Shown here one piece after another: positions 36,979-46,220 of a DNA stretch of 64,000 nt. The notes below the pieces were generated by a model, which saw only the letters and a list, made by a program, of their open reading frames with translations, was not told the origin of the DNA and searched no databases. The translations under genes and the position numbers were made by a program. This DNA is from Eubacteriales bacterium (GTDB lineage: Bacteria > Bacillota > Clostridia > Oscillospirales > SIG627), in NCBI GenBank assembly GCA_045531235.1, contig JAZSDQ010000098.1, forward strand, positions 8,554-72,553. The letters are read 5' to 3'. The number at the start of each line of letters is the position of its first letter. The first letter of the stretch is position 1.

Positions 36979-37983
36979 TCACTGACCAAAGAATTCCTTC
37001 ACCATATCCGAAAGAATTCGGGAATATTCTTTGTCCTTCGCGGAAAGAAAGCTTTCCTGCACGTGTTCAGCCAAGGGAACACGAAGGGTGATTTGACACA
37101 TTTCTCCCTTTTTCTCCAAGGAAAAATCAAAGCCCTCTCCATCACAAAGCAAAGCGGCAGCAAACAAAGGAGAAAACGCCGCAAAGCGGGAAGCCGAATT
37201 CTTTTTGTTTTCCTTTAAAAGGTATTTGCCAAACAGTTCGAAAAGCTCCTCGCGATCAAAAAAACGAAGAGTCAGACAACACGTTTTCTCTTCTTTTTCC
37301 CCTTGTAATTCAACGTTTCTTTCTCCTTCAAAAAGAGAGACAAATTGAAGGGAATTTAAAAGAATCTCTGCCAGAAAATCCGGATGGATCATAATTTTCA
37401 AATCATGGTCAAGAGACAATGTGGTAGAAAAACCCGCTTCTTTTAACGCAGGAGAAAAGAACGAGAAAAAGCCGGACAAGCTGCAAGTGGCTTCTTCCAT
37501 GGGGTTTCGGTTTCTCGCAGCGCGCATTCTGAAATACGCAGCCCGTTCTTCACGAAAACGGCGGGTTCTCACCGAAAGCCTTTTGCAATACGAAACCAAA
37601 GTCGAGGAAGAATGTTCCTTTTCTGCACAAGCAAGGATTTTTTCTTCTCCTTCTTTTAAAAGCTTGTGGCATTCCTCAAGAAGATATTCAGAAACAGGCA
37701 AGCCAATCAGACCAAAGTCTTCAAAAAAGAAAATATGGCGCAGCTCGGATTTTCCGTACCTTTTAGCAATCACAGCAATGAAATATCTTCTTAGATCCAA
37801 AACCGCGGAAAATATCCCCTCTTTTGAAACCTTTTCCTTTTCCTGCACAAAGAAGCGCATCATTCCCGTAGGAGGCAAAAGCAAGCCCCTCGCCATACGG
37901 TTGCGGTAAAGGATTTTATTCTCTTCGCCCAAAACTATCACGGAAAACGGCAAATTTTCCACCGGTGCAAATCGTTTCTCCAA
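36979..37983 (-). CDS. Hypothetical cytoplasmic protein; possible degenerate PAS plus GHKL-ATPase-like architecture
   Basis: 334 aa. The N-terminus PFSVIVLGEENKILYRNRMARGLL looks PAS-like. The C-terminus EILLNSLQFVS...GEGFDFSLEKKGEMCQITLRVPL looks HATPase-like. I see no H-box or G-boxes. Confidence 0.35.
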   Translation of the reverse strand: MEKRFAPVENLPFSVIVLGEENKILYRNRMARGLLLPPTGMMRFFVQEKEKVSKEGIFSAVLDLRRYFIAVIAKRYGKSELRHIFFFEDFGLIGLPVSEYLLEECHKLLKEGEEKILACAEKEHSSSTLVSYCKRLSVRTRRFREERAAYFRMRAARNRNPMEEATCSLSGFFSFFSPALKEAGFSTTLSLDHDLKIMIHPDFLAEILLNSLQFVSLFEGERNVELQGEKEEKTCCLTLRFFDREELFELFGKYLLKENKKNSASRFAAFSPLFAAALLCDGEGFDFSLEKKGEMCQITLRVPLAEHVQESFLSAKDKEYSRILSDMVKEFFGQ

Positions 37984-38170
37984 TTTTTACCCCCTGAAAT
38001 TTCTTTTTGTTATCGTATTTTACCCATTCTATCACAAGTTTTGCTATTTGTAAAAACATTTCAAACATCATAAAAAACAGTTTCTTTTTCTTTCTTCTTA
38101 TGTTATAATAGCTTAATAATGGGTTTTTGTACCCAAATGCAAAAACATTCCAGAAAGGAAATCCCCTTTT

Positions 38171-40516
38171 ATGCCTAGTTTTACCGAAAAATTGGACCGT
38201 GTTGCACTCCCCGTCATTGCCCTGCGCGGTCTTGTGATCTTCCCCGGCATTGACACCAGTTTTGAAGTGGCCCGTCCTCTGACGGTTCGCGCTGCAGAAA
38301 TGGCCCTTGCCGCTGACGGCATGGTCTTTCTCGTAGCTCAAAAAGATGCTGCTGTGGAAACTCCCGAACCTCAGGATCTATATAGAATCGGCGTGATTGC
38401 ACGCATCAAGCAATCCGTTCGCCTGCCTGACAAAAGCTACCGTATTATCACCGAAGGTATTGCCCGCGGCGAGGTTCTGAATTTCTTCCGCTTAGAATCC
38501 GGTGCTATCACTGCTGAGGTCATTCGCAAAGACGTTTTTGTAGAAAAAGACATTATCAGTGACGCCTACCGCAGAACCGTACTTCACGGTGTGGAAGAAC
38601 TCACCCCTTTTCTTTCCAAATTTTCCCCGGAAGTAACGAGCGCTCTGCAGACCATTGAAGATCCCGCATTTCTTTCCGATTTCGTTGCCGCAAACATTTT
38701 GCGCCGCACCGAAGATAAAATGGCGATCCTTTCTATCTTTGATCCCCACGACCGCGCGGAAAAGCTGTGCGAGATCCTTTCCAGAGAGCTGGAAGTGTTG
38801 AAATTGGAAGGCCGCATTACCCGCAAAATTCAGCACCACATGGATCAGCAGCAGAAAGAAGCATACCTGAGAGAACAGCTTCGCGCCATTCAAAGCGAGC
38901 TTTCCGGCGGTATGGAAAACGGTGACACCATGGATTCCGACGAGGAGGATCTCATGGGGCGCATTGAAAAAGCAGAACTTCCCGATGCCATTCGTGAAAA
39001 GCTGATCGCTCAAGCAAAAAAGCTCCCGCAGATGCCCTTCGGTTCTTCGGAATCGGCGCTTTTGCGCAACTATATCGAAACCTGTCTTGAATTGCCTTGG
39101 AACCGTTTTACCGAGGACAGCATTTCTCCCGAAAAAGCAAAAGAGATCCTGGACAGAGATCACGACGGACTGGATAAAGTAAAAGAGCGTATTCTTGAAT
39201 TTCTCGCGGCGCGCTTGCTCCGCGGAAAAGCCCAAGGACAGATCCTCTGTCTGGTAGGCGCTCCCGGCGTGGGAAAAACGAGCATTGCCTCTTCCATTGC
39301 AGAAGCCCTCGGGAGAAAATACGTGCGCATTTCTTTGGGCGGCGTCCGTGACGAAGCAGACATCCGCGGCCACAGAAAGACCTATATCGGTGCCATGCCC
39401 GGCAGAATCATCACTGCCTTGACACAGGCAGGCTCTATGAATCCTCTCATCACCTTAGACGAAATTGACAAGCTCACCCGCGATTCCCACGGCGATCCCG
39501 CCTCTGCCCTCTTGGAAGTTTTGGATGCAGAGCAGAACAAAGCCTTCCGCGATCACTTTGTAGAGCTCCCCGTGGATCTTTCCTCTTGTATGTTCCTTGC
39601 TACGGCAAATGAAACCGATACCATTCCTCCCGCACTGCTTGACCGTATGGAGATCATTCGCATCCACGGCTATACCGAAAGCGAAAAATGCGCCATTGCC
39701 GCGAATCACCTCATTCCGAAGCAACAGACAGAGCACGGCTTGAAAAAAGGAAATCTTTCCATTGACGAAGCCGCCATTCGCAAGATCATTCGCTCCTACA
39801 CCCGTGAACAGGGTGTGAGAAAGCTGGAACGGGAGATCGCCAGGATCTGCCGCAAGAGCGCAAAAATGATCTACGACGGCAAAAAGCGTATCCGAGTAAC
39901 GGAAAAAAACCTGGAAAGCTTTTTGGGCAAAGAAAAGATTCTGCCCGAAAAGAAAGATTTCACCCCTCGCATCGGCGTGGTCAACGGACTTGCCTGGACC
40001 ATGAGCGGCGGCGAGATGCTGAAGGTAGAAGCCCTTGCCGTAGAAGGCAGCGGAAAATTGGAATTGACCGGCTCTCTGGGCGACGTGATGAAGGAATCTG
40101 CCAAGGCGGCAATTTCTCTTGTCAGGTCCCAAAGCGAAGCCTTGGGAATTCAAAACCTTGAATTCTATAAAAACCGGGATTTACACATTCACTTCCCCGA
40201 AGGCGCCATTCCCAAGGACGGCCCCAGCGCAGGCGTAACCCTCGTTACCTGCCTTGCCTCTCTGCTTTCCGGTAAAAAAGTGCGTGGCGACGTTGCCATG
40301 ACGGGAGAGATCTGCCTGAGAGGAGATGTCCTTGCCATCGGCGGATTGAGAGAAAAAGCCTCTGCCGCTTTGCGTGCGGGAATGAAAACCGTTCTCATCC
40401 CCGAAGACAACGTGAAGGATCTTGATGAAGTAGATCCTTTGGCAAAAGAAAACATTCGTTTCGTTCCTTGCAAAACCGTTTGGGATGTATTGAAGGAAGC
40501 GTTGGTAGAAGAATGA
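38171..40516 (+). CDS. lon: ATP-dependent Lon protease
   Basis: 781 aa. It has a LON N-terminal domain, Walker A GAPGVGKTS, and the protease serine in KDGPSAG. Confidence 0.95.
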   Translation: MPSFTEKLDRVALPVIALRGLVIFPGIDTSFEVARPLTVRAAEMALAADGMVFLVAQKDAAVETPEPQDLYRIGVIARIKQSVRLPDKSYRIITEGIARGEVLNFFRLESGAITAEVIRKDVFVEKDIISDAYRRTVLHGVEELTPFLSKFSPEVTSALQTIEDPAFLSDFVAANILRRTEDKMAILSIFDPHDRAEKLCEILSRELEVLKLEGRITRKIQHHMDQQQKEAYLREQLRAIQSELSGGMENGDTMDSDEEDLMGRIEKAELPDAIREKLIAQAKKLPQMPFGSSESALLRNYIETCLELPWNRFTEDSISPEKAKEILDRDHDGLDKVKERILEFLAARLLRGKAQGQILCLVGAPGVGKTSIASSIAEALGRKYVRISLGGVRDEADIRGHRKTYIGAMPGRIITALTQAGSMNPLITLDEIDKLTRDSHGDPASALLEVLDAEQNKAFRDHFVELPVDLSSCMFLATANETDTIPPALLDRMEIIRIHGYTESEKCAIAANHLIPKQQTEHGLKKGNLSIDEAAIRKIIRSYTREQGVRKLEREIARICRKSAKMIYDGKKRIRVTEKNLESFLGKEKILPEKKDFTPRIGVVNGLAWTMSGGEMLKVEALAVEGSGKLELTGSLGDVMKESAKAAISLVRSQSEALGIQNLEFYKNRDLHIHFPEGAIPKDGPSAGVTLVTCLASLLSGKKVRGDVAMTGEICLRGDVLAIGGLREKASAALRAGMKTVLIPEDNVKDLDEVDPLAKENIRFVPCKTVWDVLKEALVEE

Positions 40517-41106
40517 ACTTAAACAATATCACCTTAAAGATCTCTGCAGGCAGAAAAGATCAGCTGATCCACGACGGAAAATGCCAGATCGCCTTTTCCG
40601 GTCGAAGCAACGTGGGAAAAAGCTCCGCACTCAACAAGCTGATGGCGAGAAAAAGTCTGGCCAGAGTATCTTCCACTCCCGGCAAAACCATCACCGTAAA
40701 CTTTTTTGATCTGGACGGCAAGTGCTATCTTGTAGATTTGCCCGGCTACGGCTTTGCTCGGCGCAGTGAAAAAGAAAAGCGCGTTTGGTCAAGCCTTACG
40801 GATGCATATTTTCAAAATCACGAGGATCTCGCTCTGGTACTTCAGCTTGTTGATCTGAAAACAGGCCCCAGCCGCGACGACGAAATGATGATCTCCTTTT
40901 TGCAGGAGGTAGGAATTCCTTTTGTGATCGTAGCCACAAAGCTTGATAAACTGAACAAGACGGATCAAAAGAAAAACCTCGCCGCTTTGGAGGAAGCTTA
41001 TTTTCCCACCCCCGTTTTTCCCTTTTCTTCTTTGAAGGGAGACGGTGTGGAAAGCGTCAGAAAACTCATTGAAACCACGGTAGAAGCATTCGAAAATACA
41101 AAATAA
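40513..41106 (+). CDS. engB: Ribosome biogenesis GTPase YihA/EngB
   Basis: The start is trimmed to MNLNNITLK, giving an ATGA overlap with the lon stop. Motifs: GRSNVGKSS, DLPGYG and TKLDK. Confidence 0.88.
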   Translation: MNLNNITLKISAGRKDQLIHDGKCQIAFSGRSNVGKSSALNKLMARKSLARVSSTPGKTITVNFFDLDGKCYLVDLPGYGFARRSEKEKRVWSSLTDAYFQNHEDLALVLQLVDLKTGPSRDDEMMISFLQEVGIPFVIVATKLDKLNKTDQKKNLAALEEAYFPTPVFPFSSLKGDGVESVRKLIETTVEAFENTK

Positions 41107-41175
41107 GTAGGTTTTTGTATGCATTCTTTCTTTCGGGCAATACTAAAACAACCGAAAAAAGAATGGAGAAAACCA

Positions 41176-41625
41176 ATGAGGATCGCCTTATGGGAGCCCT
41201 TTCCGCTGACGGAAACGCTTCTTTTTACCCGTTTAAAAAACAGCGCTGCAAAACATTCCGTTGCCGTAGAAAAAGCCCGTATGGGTCAGCACTACAATTT
41301 GGTCTTATTTGAAGGAAGTTTCTTTCCGCAGTATCCCCTTTGCAGCTCGGATCTTTGGCTGGTTCCGTCTTCCTGCAAAGTGAAAAAGCTGCCCTTGGGC
41401 ACCTTTCTCACCGGTGGAATGGGCAGCGAGGATGACGTTTCTCTCTCCAGTATCGGTGAAGAAAACGCTCTTCTTTGTATTCAAAGGGAAATCGTGCACG
41501 GCGGGCGTACTCTGTTTCCTCTGGAAAAAACGATTCCCTTTGATCGGAATTACAGCCTTTATAAAAACCTTGCCGCAGGCTTTGCCCTGCTCTCGGTAAA
41601 ATTCTTTTTGGGAGAGGAGTTATAA
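41176..41625 (+). CDS. Hypothetical protein
   Basis: I prefer the start at MRIALWEPF, which follows a GGAGA site. Its stop overlaps the helicase start in TAATG. I recognise no motif. Confidence 0.4.
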   Translation: MRIALWEPFPLTETLLFTRLKNSAAKHSVAVEKARMGQHYNLVLFEGSFFPQYPLCSSDLWLVPSSCKVKKLPLGTFLTGGMGSEDDVSLSSIGEENALLCIQREIVHGGRTLFPLEKTIPFDRNYSLYKNLAAGFALLSVKFFLGEEL

Positions 41626-43874
41626 TGGAAACACGCTTGGACGAAGTACTTTCTTTGATCGTACCGCTTTCCGAAGATCAGCCTCGCCGTCCCACCGATG
41701 GTATGCGGCGGGAAACGGGCGTGATCGACAATGCCGATACCTTTTATGATACGCCTCTCACCCTTCTCCTGCGCGTAGGAGAAGAAGAGCTTGCCATTCG
41801 GGGAGAAGCTCACCGCATCAAAAAAGACGGCGATACATATACCCTGGAGGAAGAAATTTACCTGGACCGCAAAGTGGACTGGGAACTGTGGCGGGAAAGA
41901 TGCACCCTTCGGGGAAAAATGCTGGCTTTGGCGCTGATGTATACAAAAAAAGCAGAAAAGATCACCTTGATTCTCTCCCTCTATGCAGAAGGAACCTTGG
42001 AACAAAGCAGATTTCTCCTGGAAAAAGAACTCCTTAGCCAAAGCCTTTCTCCTTACGCCGCAAAGATCCTCGCCCTGTCCCCTCTTTGGGAGAAGGCTGC
42101 GCCCACGGTAGAATTTCCTTATGAAAAGCTACGTCAAGGGCAAAAAGATCTGATCCATTCGGTATGGGACGCCATCAAGCATAAAAACGATCTTTACGCT
42201 TGCGCGCCTACGGGAATCGGCAAGACCCTTGCCGTACTGTACCCTGCATTGAAAGCCCTGCAAGCGGGAAAAGCGGAGCAGATCTTCTACGCTTCTCCAA
42301 AAAACACTTTAAAAATGCAAGCCGCCACGGCAGTGGAAACTCTGCAAAGCGTGCGCACCTTGCGGTGTCTCGTCCTCAGTGCAAAATATGCACTTTGTCC
42401 CGAAAAGCAAGAGGAGTGCGAAAAAGAATTTTGCACTTATTATGAGGATTTTTATAAAAAACTTCCCGATGCCCTCAGTTATCTCGCCGCTTTTTCCTGT
42501 ATTACGGAAAAGGAGCTTTTGGCGGCGGCAGAGCATTTTCACCTTTGCCCCTTTGCCCTGGCAAAAAAAATGATCCCCTACTGTCAGGTGATCATCGGTG
42601 ACTATAACCATGTATTCGATCCGTCCAGAGCCGTCTTCCCACCAAATAAAAAAGCAGTTCTTCTGGTAGACGAAGCCCACAATCTTCCCGTGCGGGTACG
42701 GGAAAACAATACACAGTGGCTTCAACCCTCGGATTTTGATTATTTTTTCCGCGATCCCGACCGCCCTTGCGCTATGCTGAAAGAGCATTTTTCCGCCATT
42801 CTCACCCTGTTTGCAAAAATTGATCAGAAGAGAAACAGCGACCGCAATTTCTTCACCTTTGATGCGCCGGAAGAAGCAGGCAAAGCGGTAAAGGAACTGA
42901 TCCCCAAAGTCGCCTTTGTTTTGCGGGACGGATTCGGTATACTGAAAGACGAAACCAAAAAGCAATGCCGCGATCTTTTTATGAAGCTGAAAAAATTCGA
43001 TCAGCTGTATCAAGGCTTTAACGAGAATTTTGCCACCATCTTCCCGCCGGAGGGAGGAATTAAAATTTATCCCGTCAATCCGGCGCCTATCATAGAAAAG
43101 GCAAAAGAAAATTGGCTCAGCTCTGTTTTCTTTTCCGCGACCTTACTCCCCGAAGAATATTACTTCAAAATGCTGGGAGGCAAAGAGGAAGACCGCTTCC
43201 TTGTTTTGCCATCTCCCTTCCCCAAGGATAATCTTTTCATCGGTCTTTGCGACGTAGACGTATCTTACAGTCAACGCTTTGCCACAGCGCCGAAGATCTG
43301 CAGCATCATTCGCACCGCAATTTCCGCAAAAGAAGGAAACTATATGGTCTTTCTCCCTTCTTTTGAGTATTTACAGCTGGTTTCTCAGGAATATAAGCGC
43401 CGCTTTTTCCGGGATCGTGTTCTCATCCAGGAAAGAGTGATGACGCGAAAGAAGAGGCAGGAATTTCTTAATGCCTTTGAAAAAAATCGAAAAGGCACCC
43501 TCATAGGCTTTTGCGTCATGGGCGGTATTTTTTCCGAAGGCGTGGACCTAAAGGGAGATTCCCTTTCCGGTGAGATCATCGTAGGAACGGGCTTTCCGCC
43601 GCCTACCCCCGAAGCTGAGGCAGAATGTGCCGCCTTTTATAAAAAAGAAATGGACGGCAAAAGCTTTGCCTATACCCTTCCCGGCTGGAGCCGCGTACTG
43701 CAAGCCGCAGGGCGGGTCATTCGCAGTGAAAACGATCGGGGTTTTCTCATTTTATGTGACTCCCGTTTCTGCACAGAGTCCTCCAGAGAGCTGTTTCCCG
43801 ATCATTGGGAAGATGCGGAAATTATGGAACGGGATCAGATAATGAAAGATAAGCTTGCCGAGTTCTGGCAATAA
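41625..43874 (+). CDS. DinG/XPD (Rad3)-family Fe-S DNA helicase with a ~160-aa N-terminal extra domain
   Basis: Walker A CAPTGIGKT sits at about residue 193. Other motifs are the VDEAHNL box, a four-Cys cluster (LCPE...ECEK..FCTY...HLCPF), GGIFSEGVDL and QAAGRVIRSENDRG. Confidence 0.8.
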   Translation: METRLDEVLSLIVPLSEDQPRRPTDGMRRETGVIDNADTFYDTPLTLLLRVGEEELAIRGEAHRIKKDGDTYTLEEEIYLDRKVDWELWRERCTLRGKMLALALMYTKKAEKITLILSLYAEGTLEQSRFLLEKELLSQSLSPYAAKILALSPLWEKAAPTVEFPYEKLRQGQKDLIHSVWDAIKHKNDLYACAPTGIGKTLAVLYPALKALQAGKAEQIFYASPKNTLKMQAATAVETLQSVRTLRCLVLSAKYALCPEKQEECEKEFCTYYEDFYKKLPDALSYLAAFSCITEKELLAAAEHFHLCPFALAKKMIPYCQVIIGDYNHVFDPSRAVFPPNKKAVLLVDEAHNLPVRVRENNTQWLQPSDFDYFFRDPDRPCAMLKEHFSAILTLFAKIDQKRNSDRNFFTFDAPEEAGKAVKELIPKVAFVLRDGFGILKDETKKQCRDLFMKLKKFDQLYQGFNENFATIFPPEGGIKIYPVNPAPIIEKAKENWLSSVFFSATLLPEEYYFKMLGGKEEDRFLVLPSPFPKDNLFIGLCDVDVSYSQRFATAPKICSIIRTAISAKEGNYMVFLPSFEYLQLVSQEYKRRFFRDRVLIQERVMTRKKRQEFLNAFEKNRKGTLIGFCVMGGIFSEGVDLKGDSLSGEIIVGTGFPPPTPEAEAECAAFYKKEMDGKSFAYTLPGWSRVLQAAGRVIRSENDRGFLILCDSRFCTESSRELFPDHWEDAEIMERDQIMKDKLAEFWQ

Positions 43875-43891
43875 AAACGAAGGAGGCCGCA

Positions 43892-45142
43892 ATGTTCGGT
43901 CACAACCCAAAAAAACAAAGTCGCCGCCAAGAAAGCTTCTTTCTCGGCGATATTGAAGCCAAAGAAAAGGCACCCGCTTCTTCCGAAAAAGAAGAAGCAA
44001 AGCCGAAAATTGAAAAAAAGCCTCAAAAGAAGCATCTGCGTGCAAAAAGGGATATTGATAAGCCCAAATCCGTTCCAAAAAAAGCTGAAAAAAAAGCTCT
44101 TTTTCCCGCAAAGAAGCATTTGCGCGCCTTAAGAGATTTGAAAAAAAGCGGCAGCGCGCCCTTGCAGGAAAAAGAACCCGTATCTGTCGCTGTTTCTGCA
44201 GAACAGGAAGCCAAAGAAAAAGAAGCCGCCGTTCGCAATTCTTTGGACGGAATGTTCGGCGTATACAAAAACAAGAATCAACGCCCCAAGAAAAGTCTTT
44301 CCCGAGGGGATATTGTTCGCTACGCCGTTTTATTCGTTTGTATTTTCGGTTTTTTTCTCACCGGTTATTTCGTTTTCCGCAAGCTCTTTGATTATTACCG
44401 TTCTTACCTTGTCTATTCCGGTCTGCAGGAAATGGTGGAAGAGGCAGATCGTTTTGCCGATGATTATATGAAAAAAGCTGCCTCCAGTGTAGTATCCATC
44501 ACGCCGGAAGAAGCTTTTGACGGAAAAAGCAATCAGCAGAACGGCGGTGCTTTTTCCAATGAGCAGGAAACGCTGGTCAGAAAAATCAGCCAGCTGAAAA
44601 AAATAAACCCCGATACCGTCGGTTGGATCAACATCAACGGCACCGTGGTCAATTACCCCGTGGTACGCTCCGACAGAAAAGATTATTATCTCCGCCGCAA
44701 TTTCTACGGCAAGGTGCTTTCCGGCGGCTCTATTTACGTAGACAATCGCAATTCTCCCAATCTTTTGGAAAACAGAAATACGGTCATCTACGGCCACAAT
44801 ATGGCTGACGGCAGTATGTTTGCATCCATTCACGATTTTGCCAGCGCAAGCGTTTTTTACAATGCAAAAATCGAGATCACAACAGAAGAGGGCGTATTTA
44901 TCTACACCCCCTTTTCTGCTCACGAATCTCACGAATACGATAACTATTTTGAAACGGATTTTGTTTCAGACGAGGACTTTATCAGCTTTTGCCAGCAAGT
45001 TTCCTTTTTATCCATCTATGAAACAACCTTTCTCCCCAACAAAGACACACAGATCATTACCCTGTCTACCTGCTCCAACGACGAAAACGCAAGAGAACAG
45101 CGCTTCGCCGTTCATGCATACCTGACCGAGGTCATACGCTGA
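43892..45142 (+). CDS. srtB: Class B-type sortase with a long lysine-rich N-terminal extension
   Basis: The C-terminal ~270 aa carry VGWININGT..NYPVV, TVIYGHNM, ITLSTCS and RFAVHAYL. A TM helix starts at about residue 144. A strong GAAGGAGG site precedes the first ATG. Confidence 0.75.
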   Translation: MFGHNPKKQSRRQESFFLGDIEAKEKAPASSEKEEAKPKIEKKPQKKHLRAKRDIDKPKSVPKKAEKKALFPAKKHLRALRDLKKSGSAPLQEKEPVSVAVSAEQEAKEKEAAVRNSLDGMFGVYKNKNQRPKKSLSRGDIVRYAVLFVCIFGFFLTGYFVFRKLFDYYRSYLVYSGLQEMVEEADRFADDYMKKAASSVVSITPEEAFDGKSNQQNGGAFSNEQETLVRKISQLKKINPDTVGWININGTVVNYPVVRSDRKDYYLRRNFYGKVLSGGSIYVDNRNSPNLLENRNTVIYGHNMADGSMFASIHDFASASVFYNAKIEITTEEGVFIYTPFSAHESHEYDNYFETDFVSDEDFISFCQQVSFLSIYETTFLPNKDTQIITLSTCSNDENAREQRFAVHAYLTEVIR

Positions 45143-45437
45143 GATCAATACCCGCGCGGCTCTCGCGCAAGGGACGCATAAAAGCGCCCACCGCCTTGTG
45201 ATCGGGGTGAACCAGATATTCTTCCAAGGTTTCCAGGGATTCAAATTCGGAAATGAGGATCAAATGGGCATTTTCCGGATTTGCTCCCTCTACGTTGATA
45301 TGTGTTTCGCTCTTTAGGATCTGAGGGATCTTTCCGGGGAGAGCGTCCAGCATTGCCTTGGTGGCAAGAACGTTTTCCCTGCGGCTTTTTCCGTCTGCTT
45401 CTTCTTTGAAGCGGAACATAACGATGTGACGAATCAT
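45132..45437 (-). CDS. Dabb (stress-responsive dimeric alpha-beta barrel) family protein
   Basis: 101 aa. MIRHIVMFRFKEEA...LPGKIPQI. Confidence 0.7.
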   Translation of the reverse strand: MIRHIVMFRFKEEADGKSRRENVLATKAMLDALPGKIPQILKSETHINVEGANPENAHLILISEFESLETLEEYLVHPDHKAVGAFMRPLRESRAGIDLSV

Positions 45438-45579
45438 AAAAACACTCCCTATATTTTTTCTTTATTGTAGCATATCCCCTCCCCAAATTCAAGAAATCCT
45501 GTGATGTTAAAGCAGAAATGTCACTTTTTGTAAAATAAGCACAAAAAAGTTGCAAAACATCTTATTTTTATTAAAAAGC

Positions 45580-45608
45580 TTGACATATTTTTTCATCGGT
45601 GCTATAAT
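45580..45608 (+). promoter_or_regulatory. Consensus sigma-A promoter of the sigma factor gene
   Basis: TTGACA, a 17-nt spacer, then TATAAT. Both hexamers are perfect. Confidence 0.65.
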
Positions 45609-45639
45609 CCATTTTAGGTAATTGCAGAAAGAGGTAACC

Positions 45640-46218
45640 ATGGCGGATACAAAGGTTAAGACCACCACTCCTTTGCAAGATCTTACGCCGGAAGAGCTGA
45701 TTCAGCGCTTTCGAGAAGGTGATGAAGAGAGCTTCTCCCTTTTGGCAAAGATTTATGAAAAAGCATTGTGGGGCATGACCGACTCTCTTCTCGTACCCGA
45801 GGAAGAAAAGGAAGATCTTCGTCAGGAAGGTCTTGTCGGACTTTTTAAGGCCGTCCTTCTTTTTGATTCCTCCCTTTCCTCTTTTTCCACCTTTGCCCGC
45901 ATTTGTATGCGTTCCGCCATTTCCGACGGCTTGCGCAGATACAACCGTATTCAAGAAAAAGGCGAAGCTATGGAGGAAGATCTGATCTCTCACGATGAAG
46001 ATCCTGAAAAAATGCTCATGGAGAAAGTCAGCCTTCAGGAGATCATAAAAAAGATGGAGGATACCCTTTCCCCAATGGAGCGCCGAGTTTTCGGCTTGCA
46101 TCTTGGCGGCAAAAGCTCTGCTGAGATCGCTTCCGCCACAGGGAAAAATACGAAAAGCGTGGAAAATACGCTGTTTCGTGCGAGGAAAAAGCTTTCTTCC
46201 TTATTTTCAATTCGCTAA
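45640..46218 (+). CDS. Sigma-70 family RNA polymerase sigma factor, SigH-like
   Basis: The start is trimmed to MADTKV, which follows an AGAGG site. Region 2 is EDLRQEGLVGLFKAVLLFDSSLSSFSTFARICMRSAI. The region 4 HTH is SSAEIASATGKNTKSVENTLFRARKKL. Confidence 0.75.
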   Translation: MADTKVKTTTPLQDLTPEELIQRFREGDEESFSLLAKIYEKALWGMTDSLLVPEEEKEDLRQEGLVGLFKAVLLFDSSLSSFSTFARICMRSAISDGLRRYNRIQEKGEAMEEDLISHDEDPEKMLMEKVSLQEIIKKMEDTLSPMERRVFGLHLGGKSSAEIASATGKNTKSVENTLFRARKKLSSLFSIR

Positions 46219-46220
46219 TA

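Noticed and set aside
37916-38341. A 141-aa minus-strand ORF in the lon upstream region
   Set aside because: It overlaps the lon 5' end and promoter region. I see no ribosome-binding site or motif, and the lon start at 38171 is well supported.
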